The position numbers were made by a program, and so were the translations under genes. This document shows, piece after piece, positions 18,482-28,449 of a stretch of DNA of 41,136 nt. Below the pieces are notes generated by a model. That model searched no databases, was not told the DNA's origin, and was given only the letters and a program-made list of their open reading frames with translations. The DNA is taken from the sequence record SRR20825010_861, one strand, 5' to 3'. How positions within the stretch are numbered: the stretch's first letter is position 1; each line of letters opens with the position of its first letter.

Positions 18482-19609
18482 ATGAAAATATATCAGCATA
18501 AAGTACTTCATCTCCAGGACCTAGATCATTTGGATTTGAAATTTGTTCCTGATGTGTTTTTTCTTTTCGCGTCTCCAACCTTTGTTGGTACGGAAGAATT
18601 TGTAAGCAAACTTGCATGTAAATTTGAAGATGCTATTCTAATTGGTTGTTCCACTGCTGGAGAGATCTTGGGAAATGAGGTGTTGGATTCTACGATTGCC
18701 CTAACTGCGGTTAAGTTTGAAAAGACGAAACTGAGAATCGAGGAAGTTGATCTAGTTGCTTGCAATCTGGATAGTTATGAGGCAGGTAAGGCTATTAGTA
18801 GCAAATTAATGGGGCCAGATTTGAGACATATTTTCGTACTCAGCGATGGACTTATTGTAAATGGGGCAGAATTGGTAAAGGGGTTGCATGCCGATTTGGA
18901 TAAGTCTGTAAGTATCACTGGCGGTTTGGCAGGCGATTGTTCAAACTTTGAGAATACCCTTGTCATTTCCGGGAATAAAGTGGCTTCCAAAAAGATAGTT
19001 GCCCTGGGTTTGTACGGCCCGGAACTAAGTATAGGATTTGCATCCAAGGGAGGTTGGGACAGTTTTGGTATTGAAAGATTGGTAACGAAATCTACCAACA
19101 ATGTGCTCTATGAATTGGATGGGCAACCGGCATTGGAGCTGTATAAATCATTTTTAGGAGACATGGCAAAGGATTTGCCTGGATCGGGTCTGTTATTTCC
19201 TTTGAGCATGAGGGATGAAGATAATCAAATACCAGTGGTAAGGACTATTTTGTCCGTTGATGAGAAAAATGGAAGTCTCACCTTTGCGGGAAACATTCCC
19301 CAAGGTTCCTATGTAAGACTAATGAAGGCCAATATTGATAGAATTATTGGAGGTGCGGAACAATCTGCCATAACTGCCAAGAATAGTACGGAAGATCAAC
19401 ATCAGTTGGCTTTCTTGATAAGCTGTGTAGGGCGAAGATTGGTTATGAAACAATTGGTGGAGGAAGAGGTAGAGGCAGTAAATGAAGTATTTGGCAATGA
19501 TATCTATACCACGGGCTTCTATTCGTACGGGGAAATTGCCCCCTTTGATAAGTTTTCGCCATGTACACTGCACAATCAAACAATGACGATAACAACATTT
19601 TCTGAATGA
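18482..19609 (+). CDS. FIST (FIST_N + FIST_C) signal transduction protein
   Basis: IGCSTAGEI, GGLAGD, YELDGQPA, ISCVGR and GFYSYGEI. Confidence 0.92.
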   Translation: MKIYQHKVLHLQDLDHLDLKFVPDVFFLFASPTFVGTEEFVSKLACKFEDAILIGCSTAGEILGNEVLDSTIALTAVKFEKTKLRIEEVDLVACNLDSYEAGKAISSKLMGPDLRHIFVLSDGLIVNGAELVKGLHADLDKSVSITGGLAGDCSNFENTLVISGNKVASKKIVALGLYGPELSIGFASKGGWDSFGIERLVTKSTNNVLYELDGQPALELYKSFLGDMAKDLPGSGLLFPLSMRDEDNQIPVVRTILSVDEKNGSLTFAGNIPQGSYVRLMKANIDRIIGGAEQSAITAKNSTEDQHQLAFLISCVGRRLVMKQLVEEEVEAVNEVFGNDIYTTGFYSYGEIAPFDKFSPCTLHNQTMTITTFSE

Positions 19610-21372
19610 GCAATAATTACCACAGACTTCTCAAAAGACAGTTAAAAAAGATAGATTTGGATGATAGTACTCTAGATCTTATCGCCCCTTTATTGCATCA
19701 AGTGGATGAAGCATATAAGGCTTATGATTGTGATTTGGAGCAGGTTGAGAATGTTTTGGAGAAAAGTTCGCAAGAGTTGTTCCAGACGAACCAGCAGTTA
19801 AAAAACAGTGTGGAATCCATTTCAGGACAATTGTCCAAAGTGGCCGGAAACATCAAGGATGTTATTTTTGAAATGGACCTGAATGGCAATTGGTCCTATC
19901 TGAACCCTGCCTGGAGAAAGTTGACAGGTTATAAGGTTAAAGATTGTTTAGGGAAACCTTACTACCAATTCCTAAAGGATGAGCAAGGAAACGATTTAAA
20001 AAATCTTATAGACCTTAGGACTCCCAATTTTAAGACCATAAGCAAATCGTTTAAGTCCCAAATTATTACCGGAGAACATAAATGGTTGGATTTTTCCTTG
20101 AAGGTCATTATGTCCGAAGACGGAAATATTGAGGGGTATATAGGGGCTATTGTAGATATTAGCAAAATAAAAGAAACAGAATTGGCCCTAATTGAAGCCA
20201 AGGAGAAGGAATCTATGGCCAATAAGGCCAAGGACGAGTTTTTGACCACTATGTCCCATGAAATAAGAACTCCGTTGAATGCGGTCATAGGTATAAGTCA
20301 CCTGCTACTGTTGGAAAATCCTAAACCGGAGCAGTTGGAAAACCTAAGTACTTTAAAGCACTCCTCCGAGCATTTACTGTGTTTGGTAAATGATATTTTG
20401 GATTTTAACAAAATTGCATCCGGACAATTGGAATTGGAAGAAAGGGATTTTAGTTTAAATCAGGTGCTGAATGGTTTGGGAAGTATATTCCACAATACGG
20501 CAAAAGAAAAGGATATTCGGTTGCTTATCAAGAAGGATACTTCCATTCCAAAAACATTTATCGGTGACAGTACCAGATTGTCACAAATCCTGACCAATTT
20601 GGTAAGTAATGCCATTAAGTTTACCGAAGAGGGTAAGGTTAAGGTGGATATAGAAGTGCTGGAAGTAAAGGAGGATTTCTACTTTTTGGAATTTGTAATA
20701 TCCGATACGGGAATTGGTATTCCCGAAGATAAAAAGGATAAAATATTTCTCTCGTTCGCCCAGGCCAATTCCGATACTACAAGAAAGTATGGAGGTACAG
20801 GTCTGGGACTGGCCATCTGTAAGCGATTGTTGGAAATTATGGACAGCGATCTTGAATTGGAGAGCGAGGTTGGCAAAGGATCTACCTTTAGTTTTAAGTT
20901 GAAACTACAAAAGAGCAGCATGACCGATCATCAGGAGGATATCTATTCCTTTGACGCCAAGTCATTTCATGAGCAGGATAATCTAAAAGGGACCAGAATT
21001 CTCGTGGCCGAGGATAATAAGGTGAATATTATGGTCATTGAAAAATTTCTCTCCAAATGGCAGGTAGATTTTGAAATAGCCGAAAATGGACTAATTGCAC
21101 TTAATAAGGCCCTGGAGAATACCTATGATATGATTTTAATGGACCTTCAAATGCCGGTAATGAATGGTTTTGAGGCCAGCAAGGCAATTAGGGACTCGAA
21201 CAATCCGCTCAATAAGGTTATGCCCATTTACGCGCTGTCTGCTTCCACAGGAATGGATATTAAAAATCAGCTAGGGGAATACGGAATAGATGGGCTTATA
21301 TGCAAACCCTTTAATCCAACGGAATTATTCAAAACATTGACATCCATTCTGCAGCAAAAGTATATTCAATAG
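19606..21372 (+). CDS. Cytoplasmic hybrid histidine kinase (PAS-HisKA-HATPase-REC)
   Basis: ATGA overlap with the FIST gene. PAS (YLNPAW), H-box MSHEIRTPLN, N-box NLVSNAIKFT, G-boxes DTGIG and GGTGLGL, receiver domain AEDN/LMDLQMP/KP. No TM segment. Confidence 0.93.
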   Translation: MSNNYHRLLKRQLKKIDLDDSTLDLIAPLLHQVDEAYKAYDCDLEQVENVLEKSSQELFQTNQQLKNSVESISGQLSKVAGNIKDVIFEMDLNGNWSYLNPAWRKLTGYKVKDCLGKPYYQFLKDEQGNDLKNLIDLRTPNFKTISKSFKSQIITGEHKWLDFSLKVIMSEDGNIEGYIGAIVDISKIKETELALIEAKEKESMANKAKDEFLTTMSHEIRTPLNAVIGISHLLLLENPKPEQLENLSTLKHSSEHLLCLVNDILDFNKIASGQLELEERDFSLNQVLNGLGSIFHNTAKEKDIRLLIKKDTSIPKTFIGDSTRLSQILTNLVSNAIKFTEEGKVKVDIEVLEVKEDFYFLEFVISDTGIGIPEDKKDKIFLSFAQANSDTTRKYGGTGLGLAICKRLLEIMDSDLELESEVGKGSTFSFKLKLQKSSMTDHQEDIYSFDAKSFHEQDNLKGTRILVAEDNKVNIMVIEKFLSKWQVDFEIAENGLIALNKALENTYDMILMDLQMPVMNGFEASKAIRDSNNPLNKVMPIYALSASTGMDIKNQLGEYGIDGLICKPFNPTELFKTLTSILQQKYIQ

Positions 21373-21394
21373 TCATCTGTACAGATATGATATT

Positions 21395-21442
21395 AAAAAA
21401 CTAAAGCCCACGAGATAAATATCAAGTTGGGCTTAAGTTTTT
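21395..21442. terminator. Bidirectional terminator between the kinase and gapN
   Basis: AAAAAACTAAAGCCCA ... TGGGCTTAAGTTTTT, with A and T tracts on both sides. Confidence 0.7.
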
Positions 21443-21479
21443 AGAAAATTTTCAAGTTCCGATAAAACTAAAATATCGG

Positions 21480-23066
21480 CTATAGAATGTAGTCGGTACT
21501 AATAAAATTGGACAATTTGGACTCTAACAACTGTTCTACGGTTTCATTATTAAGTTCGTTGTCCTTAAAGGCTACAAAGGTTCTAATAGAAAAGGAACGT
21601 AATGCATCATAGACACTTAGGGTGGCTTGGGCAGAATCCTTTCGTCCAGTAAATGGATAAACATCCGGGCCACGTTGACAAGAACTGTTCAGGTTTACCC
21701 TACATACCAGGTTCACCAAGGTATCTATTAAGGGCGCTATGGCGTATACATCCCTTCCGAACAAACTCACCTGTTGTCCATAATTGGATTCTGCCATATC
21801 GTCTAAAGGTTCTTCAATATCCTTAAAGGTCACGATTGGAATTACCGGACCAAATTGCTCTTCCTGATAGACCCGCATTTCCTTGTTAACGGGAAATAGT
21901 ATGGCTGGCCAAATATAATTGTCGGAATGTGTGCCCCCTTTTTTATTCAAAATCTTGGCACCTTTTTCCCTGGCGTCATCTATCAATTCCTGTATATAGG
22001 CGGGCTTACCTGGTTCGGGCAAAGGGGTTAACTTAACACCATCATCCCAGGGGTTTCCAAATTTTAAAGCATCTACCCTTTCAGAAAATCTTTTATTAAA
22101 TTCCGCGGCAATATCCTCGTGTACATAGATTATTTTTAGTGCGGTACAACGTTGACCGTTAAAGGACAAGGTACCTGCAATACATTCGTCTATGGTTAAA
22201 TCCAAATCGGCGTCGGGTAGTATTATGGCCGGGTTTTTAGCTTCCAATCCAAGTACCAAGCGCAATCTATTGCTTTTAGGATGTTGATTTTGCAGCGCAT
22301 TCGCCGATTTACTATTGCCTATCAAGGCCAAAACATCAACTTTTCCTGTCTTCATTATTGGGGCGGCTACTGCCCTACCCCTACCAAATACAATATTCAC
22401 TACCCCTTTTGGGAAACTGGATTGAAAAGCCTCCAACAATGGTGTGATCAATAAAACCCCATGTTTCGCTGGCTTAAAAATGGTAGTATTCCCCATAATT
22501 ATAGCAGGAATAAGCAAGGCAAAAGTTTCGTTCAAAGGATAGTTGTATGGTCCTAAACAGAGTACGACCCCAAGAGGTCCCCGCCTAATATGTGCATAAA
22601 CACCATCGTTTTTTTCAAATTTGGCGTTATCCCGATCAAGTTGCTTGTAATCCTCGATGGTATCATTAATATACTCCACGGTTCTGTCGAACTCCTTCTG
22701 GGAGTCTGGAAGCGATTTTCCAATTTCCCACATTAAAAGTTTAACAATTTCATCCCTCTTGGTCTGCATTTTCTTTACAAAAATCTCCATGCAGTCTATG
22801 CGTTCCTTTACCCGCATGGTAGGCCAGATGCCCTTACCTTTGTTGTATGCCACTAGGGCTGCATCCAGAGCTTCCAAAGCTTCCTTTTCCTCCATGTCCG
22901 GGATACTTCCCAGTAATGTTGGGGCATATTTTTCTGTGCTGGATATGGTGGAGTACACCTCAGAGGTGTTCCCGTTCCAAGCCCTTAATTCACCATTGAT
23001 AAGATAGGTTCTTTGATGAATAACCTCGTTTATTGTGTGTTCTGCAGGTATGCCCGATTTGCCCAT
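21480..23066 (-). CDS. gapN: Non-phosphorylating NADP-dependent glyceraldehyde-3-phosphate dehydrogenase (ALDH family)
   Basis: [37 protein letters not shown] and [16 protein letters not shown]. Confidence 0.85.
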   Translation of the reverse strand: MGKSGIPAEHTINEVIHQRTYLINGELRAWNGNTSEVYSTISSTEKYAPTLLGSIPDMEEKEALEALDAALVAYNKGKGIWPTMRVKERIDCMEIFVKKMQTKRDEIVKLLMWEIGKSLPDSQKEFDRTVEYINDTIEDYKQLDRDNAKFEKNDGVYAHIRRGPLGVVLCLGPYNYPLNETFALLIPAIIMGNTTIFKPAKHGVLLITPLLEAFQSSFPKGVVNIVFGRGRAVAAPIMKTGKVDVLALIGNSKSANALQNQHPKSNRLRLVLGLEAKNPAIILPDADLDLTIDECIAGTLSFNGQRCTALKIIYVHEDIAAEFNKRFSERVDALKFGNPWDDGVKLTPLPEPGKPAYIQELIDDAREKGAKILNKKGGTHSDNYIWPAILFPVNKEMRVYQEEQFGPVIPIVTFKDIEEPLDDMAESNYGQQVSLFGRDVYAIAPLIDTLVNLVCRVNLNSSCQRGPDVYPFTGRKDSAQATLSVYDALRSFSIRTFVAFKDNELNNETVEQLLESKLSNFISTDYIL

Positions 23067-23234
23067 AAGTGATTCTTTTTTTTTGAAAGATGAAACTATT
23101 GAAATTAAACTATCAGACCACTAAATTAATAAAACGATAATTTTAATTCTCTATAAATCTGGTAGAATATTTGAAGTAAAGTCACGAAAAGGATTTCGCA
23201 TTTTGCAATATCATAAAAATTGTCCCAAATGTTA

Positions 23235-24488
23235 TTAAATTAAATACTGAAATAAATCTGGTTTATCGTTAATATAGTCCCCAAAAAAATTATTGTCCTT
23301 CATCCTTTTGATTAGGGGAGCCAAATCTTCTGGGCTTTTTAATTCTATGCCCACCACTGCCGGAGCATTCTCCCGACTCGATTTTTTTGAATATTCAAAA
23401 TGGGTAATATCATCCGTGGGCCCTAAAATATCCACAACGAACTCCTTCAACGCACCCGGTCTTTGGGGAAAGCGTATAATAAAGTAATGTTTTAATTTGC
23501 CGTAAAGCAAGGCGCGTTCCTTTATCTCAGCCGTTCGTGTAATATCATTGTTACTTCCACTTACAATGCAGATCACGTTTTTACCTTTTATTTCTTCCTT
23601 AAAATCGTCCAAAACGGTAATCGTAAGTGCTCCTGCCGGTTCCACAACTATGGCGTCCCTGTTGTAAAGATCCAAAATGGTCTGGCAAACCTTGCCTTCC
23701 GGAACGGTTACCATATCGTGAAGGTATTCCTTACAAATATTAAACGTAAGGTTTCCCACGCGTTTTACGGCCGCACCGTCAATAAATTTGTCTATGTGTT
23801 CCAGTTCGGTGTTAACTCCCTTTTCTATGGAAGTTTTCATAGACGGGGCTCCTTCCGGTTCTACGCCAATAATTTTTGTTTGTGGCGATAATGTCTTGAA
23901 TACAGCACAGAGGCCCGAGGCCAATCCGCCGCCACCAACAGCCACAAAGACATAGTCTATAGGCTTTTTGGTCTGTTCCAATATTTCCAAGCCAACTGTA
24001 GCCTGTCCCTCAATAATTTTGGGGTCATCAAAAGGATGGATATATGTCTTTTTTTCAGCAGCACAGAACTTTTTTGCCGCATTGGAGGAATCATCAAAGG
24101 TATCCCCTTCAAGGACCACAGTTACCCAATCCCCTCCAAACAACTTTGTTTGTTCAACCTTTTGTTTAGGGGTCACCGATGGCATATATATGGTTCCTTT
24201 TATTCCTAAATGATTACAGGCAAAAGCAACACCCTGGGCATGGTTTCCGGCGCTGGCACATACCACTCCGTTCACCGTTTCTTCTTTGGTTAGGGAACTG
24301 ATCTTATTGAATGCCCCTCTTATTTTATAACTTCTTACTCTATGTAAATCTTCCCTTTTTAAAAGAATATTGGCATCATAGGCCTTGGAATATCTAATGC
24401 TCTGCGTCAATGGAGTGATATCTGCAACTTGCCTAATGGTTTCGGCCGCCTTCCTGATGTCTTCTATTTTGGGAAAATAAGGTTTCAT
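23235..24488 (-). CDS. ilvA: Threonine ammonia-lyase, biosynthetic, short form with one ACT domain
   Basis: SYKIRGA (PLP Lys), ASAGNHAQG, VGGGGL and FPQRPGAL. Start placed at MKPYFP. Confidence 0.95.
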   Translation of the reverse strand: MKPYFPKIEDIRKAAETIRQVADITPLTQSIRYSKAYDANILLKREDLHRVRSYKIRGAFNKISSLTKEETVNGVVCASAGNHAQGVAFACNHLGIKGTIYMPSVTPKQKVEQTKLFGGDWVTVVLEGDTFDDSSNAAKKFCAAEKKTYIHPFDDPKIIEGQATVGLEILEQTKKPIDYVFVAVGGGGLASGLCAVFKTLSPQTKIIGVEPEGAPSMKTSIEKGVNTELEHIDKFIDGAAVKRVGNLTFNICKEYLHDMVTVPEGKVCQTILDLYNRDAIVVEPAGALTITVLDDFKEEIKGKNVICIVSGSNNDITRTAEIKERALLYGKLKHYFIIRFPQRPGALKEFVVDILGPTDDITHFEYSKKSSRENAPAVVGIELKSPEDLAPLIKRMKDNNFFGDYINDKPDLFQYLI

Positions 24489-24499
24489 AAATGCATATA

Positions 24500-24539
24500 T
24501 AAACAAAGGCCTGCCGAGTTAATTAAACTTGGCAGGCCT
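24500..24539 (-). terminator. Terminator-like hairpin between ilvC and ilvA
   Basis: The - strand reads AGGCCTGCCAAGTT-TAATT-AACTCGGCAGGCCT then TTGTTTA; 13/14 pairs. Confidence 0.6.
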
Positions 24540-24558
24540 CATAATTAGTTAAGTTTAA

Positions 24559-26034
24559 TTATACTATAGGTTTCATAGCGGTCATGGATGCACGCAACCT
24601 TGCTCCTACAATCTCTACGGGATGCTCGCGTAAAGCTTTGTTTACAGCAATTAGTTTTGCGTTGTCCACACTTAGATGTTTTTGGTCGGCAAAATGTTTT
24701 CCTATGACATCTGTATCTATTGTTTTCATGAAATCGGCCAATAGAGGCTTACAGGCGTGATCAAACAAATAGCAGCCGTATTCAGCTGTGTCGGATATAA
24801 CCCTGTTCATTTCAAACAATTTTTTTCTAGCAATGGTATTGGCTATCAATGGAGTTTCATGTAATGACTCGTAGTAAGCGGATTCGGCAATAATTCCCGA
24901 TTCGGTCATGGATTCAAAAGCCAGTTCCACACCTGCTCTTACCATAGCCACCATTAGTACACCATGGTCATAAAATTCCTGTTCAGAAATTTTCATTGAT
25001 CCAGCTGGAGTTTTTTCGAAAGCGGTCTCTCCAGTTGCTGCTCTCCAGGTCAATAGGTTTTTATCATCATTGGCCCAGTCTTCCATCATAGTTTTTGAAA
25101 AATGGCCGCTCATGATGTCGTCCATATGCTTATGGAAAAGAGGACGCATTATATCCTTTAATTCTTCTGAAAGTTCAAAAGCCTTGATTTTTGCAGGGTT
25201 GGACAAACGATCCATCATATGGGTGATACCTCCATATTTAAGACCTTCTGTAATGGTTTCCCATCCGTACTGAATCAACTTGGAAGCATATCCAGCGTCG
25301 ATTCCCTTTTCAATCATTTTATCAAAACTAAGAATAGAACCTGTTTGCAACAAGCCACAAAGTATGGTCTGCTCACCCATTAAATCGGATTTTACTTCAG
25401 CAACAAAGGATGATTCCAAAACACCGGCCTTATGTCCGCCAGTGGCAACTGCATAGGCTTTTGCCTGGGCCAATCCTTTATCTTGAGGGTCGTTGTCCGG
25501 GTGTACCGCAATAAGGGTAGGAACACCAAAGCCTCTTTTGTATTCTTCACGTACTTCAGATCCTGGACATTTTGGTGCCACCATAATAACGGTTAAGTCT
25601 TCACGGATCTGCATTCCTTCCTCTACAATATTAAAACCGTGCGAGTAGGATAATGTAGCTCCTTTTTTCATTAGGGGCATAACTGTAGAAACCACACTGG
25701 TGTGTTGTTTGTCCGGAGTTAAGTTGATAACTACATCGGCTGTTGGTATAAGTTCCTCGTAGGTGCCTACGTTAAAGCCATTTTCACTTGCGTTTATAAA
25801 AGACTGTCTTTTTTCCTTTATAGCCGCACCTCTTAAGGCATATGAAATGTCCAATCCGGAATCGCGCATATTTAGACCTTGGTTAAGACCTTGGGCACCA
25901 CAACCTACGATTACAATTTTCTTCCCTTTTAAAGCGGATACACCATCAGAAAATTCCGTAGAATCCATAAATCTACATTTCCCTAATTGAGTAAGTTGTT
26001 CCCTTAATGATAGTGTATTAAAGTAATTTGCCAT
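24559..26034 (-). CDS. ilvC: Ketol-acid reductoisomerase (long, class II)
   Basis: [19 protein letters not shown] and [15 protein letters not shown]. Confidence 0.97.
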   Translation of the reverse strand: MANYFNTLSLREQLTQLGKCRFMDSTEFSDGVSALKGKKIVIVGCGAQGLNQGLNMRDSGLDISYALRGAAIKEKRQSFINASENGFNVGTYEELIPTADVVINLTPDKQHTSVVSTVMPLMKKGATLSYSHGFNIVEEGMQIREDLTVIMVAPKCPGSEVREEYKRGFGVPTLIAVHPDNDPQDKGLAQAKAYAVATGGHKAGVLESSFVAEVKSDLMGEQTILCGLLQTGSILSFDKMIEKGIDAGYASKLIQYGWETITEGLKYGGITHMMDRLSNPAKIKAFELSEELKDIMRPLFHKHMDDIMSGHFSKTMMEDWANDDKNLLTWRAATGETAFEKTPAGSMKISEQEFYDHGVLMVAMVRAGVELAFESMTESGIIAESAYYESLHETPLIANTIARKKLFEMNRVISDTAEYGCYLFDHACKPLLADFMKTIDTDVIGKHFADQKHLSVDNAKLIAVNKALREHPVEIVGARLRASMTAMKPIV

Positions 26035-26080
26035 TTTTTAAACTCGATTTTATTTCCCGATCTGTCTCGGGGTTGATTAT

Positions 26081-26605
26081 TTATTGATTAAACTCTTTTA
26101 ATAATGATGAAATTTTCATTTCGGATTTTGTAACCGCAATTCTTCCGGAACGCACAAATTGCATAATGCCATAGGGCTTCAGTTGTTGGTACATGTCATC
26201 AATTTCATTTCTTCTTCCGGTCTTTGCCAAAACAAAGAAATCTCGTGACACCGTAACAATTTGGGAATTACTATCCTTTATAATATTTTGGATATTTCGC
26301 TCATCGAACAATAAGGTAGAAGCCACTTTGAATAATGCCGATTCCTGATATATGGTTTCTTCATCGGTATGATAGAACGCTTTGATTACCTCAATTTGCT
26401 TTTCCACCTGTCCCACAATATTACGCACCCAATCTTCTGTAGTGTATACCACAATGGTGAATTTTGAAACGTGGTCTATTTCCGATTTTGAAACATTTAG
26501 ACTCTCAATGTTTATGTGACGTTTTAAAAATATCCCTGATATTCTGTTCAGTAGTCCAACGCTGTTCTCGGAGTATACTGAAATTGTAAACCATTTTTTT
26601 TCCAT
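26081..26605 (-). CDS. ilvN: Acetolactate synthase small (regulatory) subunit
   Basis: ENSVGLLNRISGIF, NIESLNV and VRSGRIA. Start placed at MEKKWF (an upstream ATG is possible). Confidence 0.93.
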   Translation of the reverse strand: MEKKWFTISVYSENSVGLLNRISGIFLKRHINIESLNVSKSEIDHVSKFTIVVYTTEDWVRNIVGQVEKQIEVIKAFYHTDEETIYQESALFKVASTLLFDERNIQNIIKDSNSQIVTVSRDFFVLAKTGRRNEIDDMYQQLKPYGIMQFVRSGRIAVTKSEMKISSLLKEFNQ

Positions 26606-26667
26606 CTCCTTATCCCAATCCTCCATCAAAAATATGAAGTTATGGGTATTTTTAATTAATAATTATT

Positions 26668-28401
26668 TTATTTCAAACGTATATCCGATACTGATGCCCC
26701 AGAAGGAATCATAGGAAAAACATTGTCCTCTTTTTCTACTTTAACTTCCAAGAAGTAAGCATCCTTGGAGGCCAACATTTCTTTAATGGTAGCCTTTAAA
26801 TCCTTTCTCTCGCTTATGCGCTTGGATTGTATATGGTAACCTTCCGCAATTTTTACAAAGTCAGGATTTACCATTACGGTAGAGGCATATCTACTTTCAA
26901 AGAAAAGTTCCTGCCATTGGCGTACCATTCCCAAATGATCGTTGTTTAGTACGACTATCTTAACAGGGGTCTTGTTCTGGAAGATAGTCCCCAATTCCTG
27001 AATGGTCATTTGGTATCCGCCATCACCAATAATGGCAACTACCTCCCTATCCATGGCTCCCATTTTGGCTCCGATAGCCGCTGGCAAGGCGAAGCCCATA
27101 GTTCCCAGTCCACCTGAGGTAACATTACTTTTGGTCTGTTTGAATTTGGCATACCTGCAAGCGATCATTTGATGCTGCCCAACGTCCGAAACTATTATGG
27201 CTTTATGGCCACTGGCAATATTGATCTCCTCAATAACTTCTGCCATGGTAAGTCTGTCCTTGGTAGGGTAAACATCATTTTTAATGATCTGGTCAAACTC
27301 TATCTCATATTTTTTCTTAAACTCATTGTGCCAAGATTCATGGGTGTTGGTCTTGATCATTGGCAGCAATAGGTCCAAGGTAACCTTGGAATCGCCCAAT
27401 ACGGCTACATCTGCCTTAACGTTTTTATTTATTTCGGCCGGATCTATATCGAAATGGATAATTTTTGCCTGTTTGGCGTAGGTGTCCAAACTCCCGGTTA
27501 CCCTATCGTCAAAGCGCATACCTATGGCAATGAGTACATCGCACTCATTGGTCAATAAATTGGGTCCGTAATTACCGTGCATCCCTACCATTCCAACATT
27601 TAATGGATGTTCCGTATCCATGGCCGAAAGTCCAAGTATGGTCCAAGCAGCAGGAATACCAGCCTTCTCGACCAAGGTTTTTAGTTGTTCCTCGGCTTCT
27701 CCTAAAATTACTCCCTGTCCAAAAACTATAAAAGGTTTCTTGGCAGCGTTGATTAAATTGGCCGCTTCCTCAATGGCCTTTATGTCTGGTTTAGGGTAAG
27801 GGTTGTAACTACGTACCCCGGTACAATGCTCGTATGAAAAGTCGAACTCATCAATTTGTGCATTTTTGGTAATATCCACCAATACGGGTCCTGGCCTGCC
27901 CGATCTGGCAATATAGAACGCCTTGGCCAAGACTTCAGGAATTTCAGAAGCTTTGGTAACCTGACAGTTCCATTTGGTTACAGGTGTGGAAATTCCGATA
28001 ATATCGGTTTCCTGAAAAGCATCGGAACCCAACAAATGTCTGGCTACCTGGCCTGTAATGCAGACCATGGGTGTAGAATCTATCTGGGCGTCGGCAATAC
28101 CGGTAATTAAATTGGTAGCCCCTGGACCTGAGGTGGCCACTGCTACACCAACTTTTCCGGTTACTCTGGCATAGCCCTGTGCAGCGTGGGTTGCTCCCTG
28201 CTCATGTCTTGTTAGAATATGGGTAAGTTTATCCTGAAACTTGTATAATTCATCATACAGTGGCATAATGGCTCCGCCAGGATATCCATAAATCAAGTCT
28301 ACACCCTCAGCCAATAGGCAATGGATAATAGCCTCCGCACCACTTATTCTCTTCGTGATCTGCTTAGTTGATGCTGTTTTTTCCTTTTTCAATGTTTCCA
28401 T
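26668..28401 (-). CDS. ilvB: Acetolactate synthase large subunit
   Basis: GYPGGA, RHEQGA, TSGPGATN, DAFQE, RFDDRVTG and the ThDP motif GDGG...NN. Confidence 0.97.
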   Translation of the reverse strand: METLKKEKTASTKQITKRISGAEAIIHCLLAEGVDLIYGYPGGAIMPLYDELYKFQDKLTHILTRHEQGATHAAQGYARVTGKVGVAVATSGPGATNLITGIADAQIDSTPMVCITGQVARHLLGSDAFQETDIIGISTPVTKWNCQVTKASEIPEVLAKAFYIARSGRPGPVLVDITKNAQIDEFDFSYEHCTGVRSYNPYPKPDIKAIEEAANLINAAKKPFIVFGQGVILGEAEEQLKTLVEKAGIPAAWTILGLSAMDTEHPLNVGMVGMHGNYGPNLLTNECDVLIAIGMRFDDRVTGSLDTYAKQAKIIHFDIDPAEINKNVKADVAVLGDSKVTLDLLLPMIKTNTHESWHNEFKKKYEIEFDQIIKNDVYPTKDRLTMAEVIEEINIASGHKAIIVSDVGQHQMIACRYAKFKQTKSNVTSGGLGTMGFALPAAIGAKMGAMDREVVAIIGDGGYQMTIQELGTIFQNKTPVKIVVLNNDHLGMVRQWQELFFESRYASTVMVNPDFVKIAEGYHIQSKRISERKDLKATIKEMLASKDAYFLEVKVEKEDNVFPMIPSGASVSDIRLK

Positions 28402-28449
28402 AATTGTAGACCTAATCGGTTAACATACTGGGTGTAAACCCCTTTAATA

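Noticed and set aside
26056-26071. CCCGA-N6-TCGGG mini-palindrome between ilvN and ilvC
   Set aside because: Only 5 bp and single-copy here, so a REP-like call cannot be supported.
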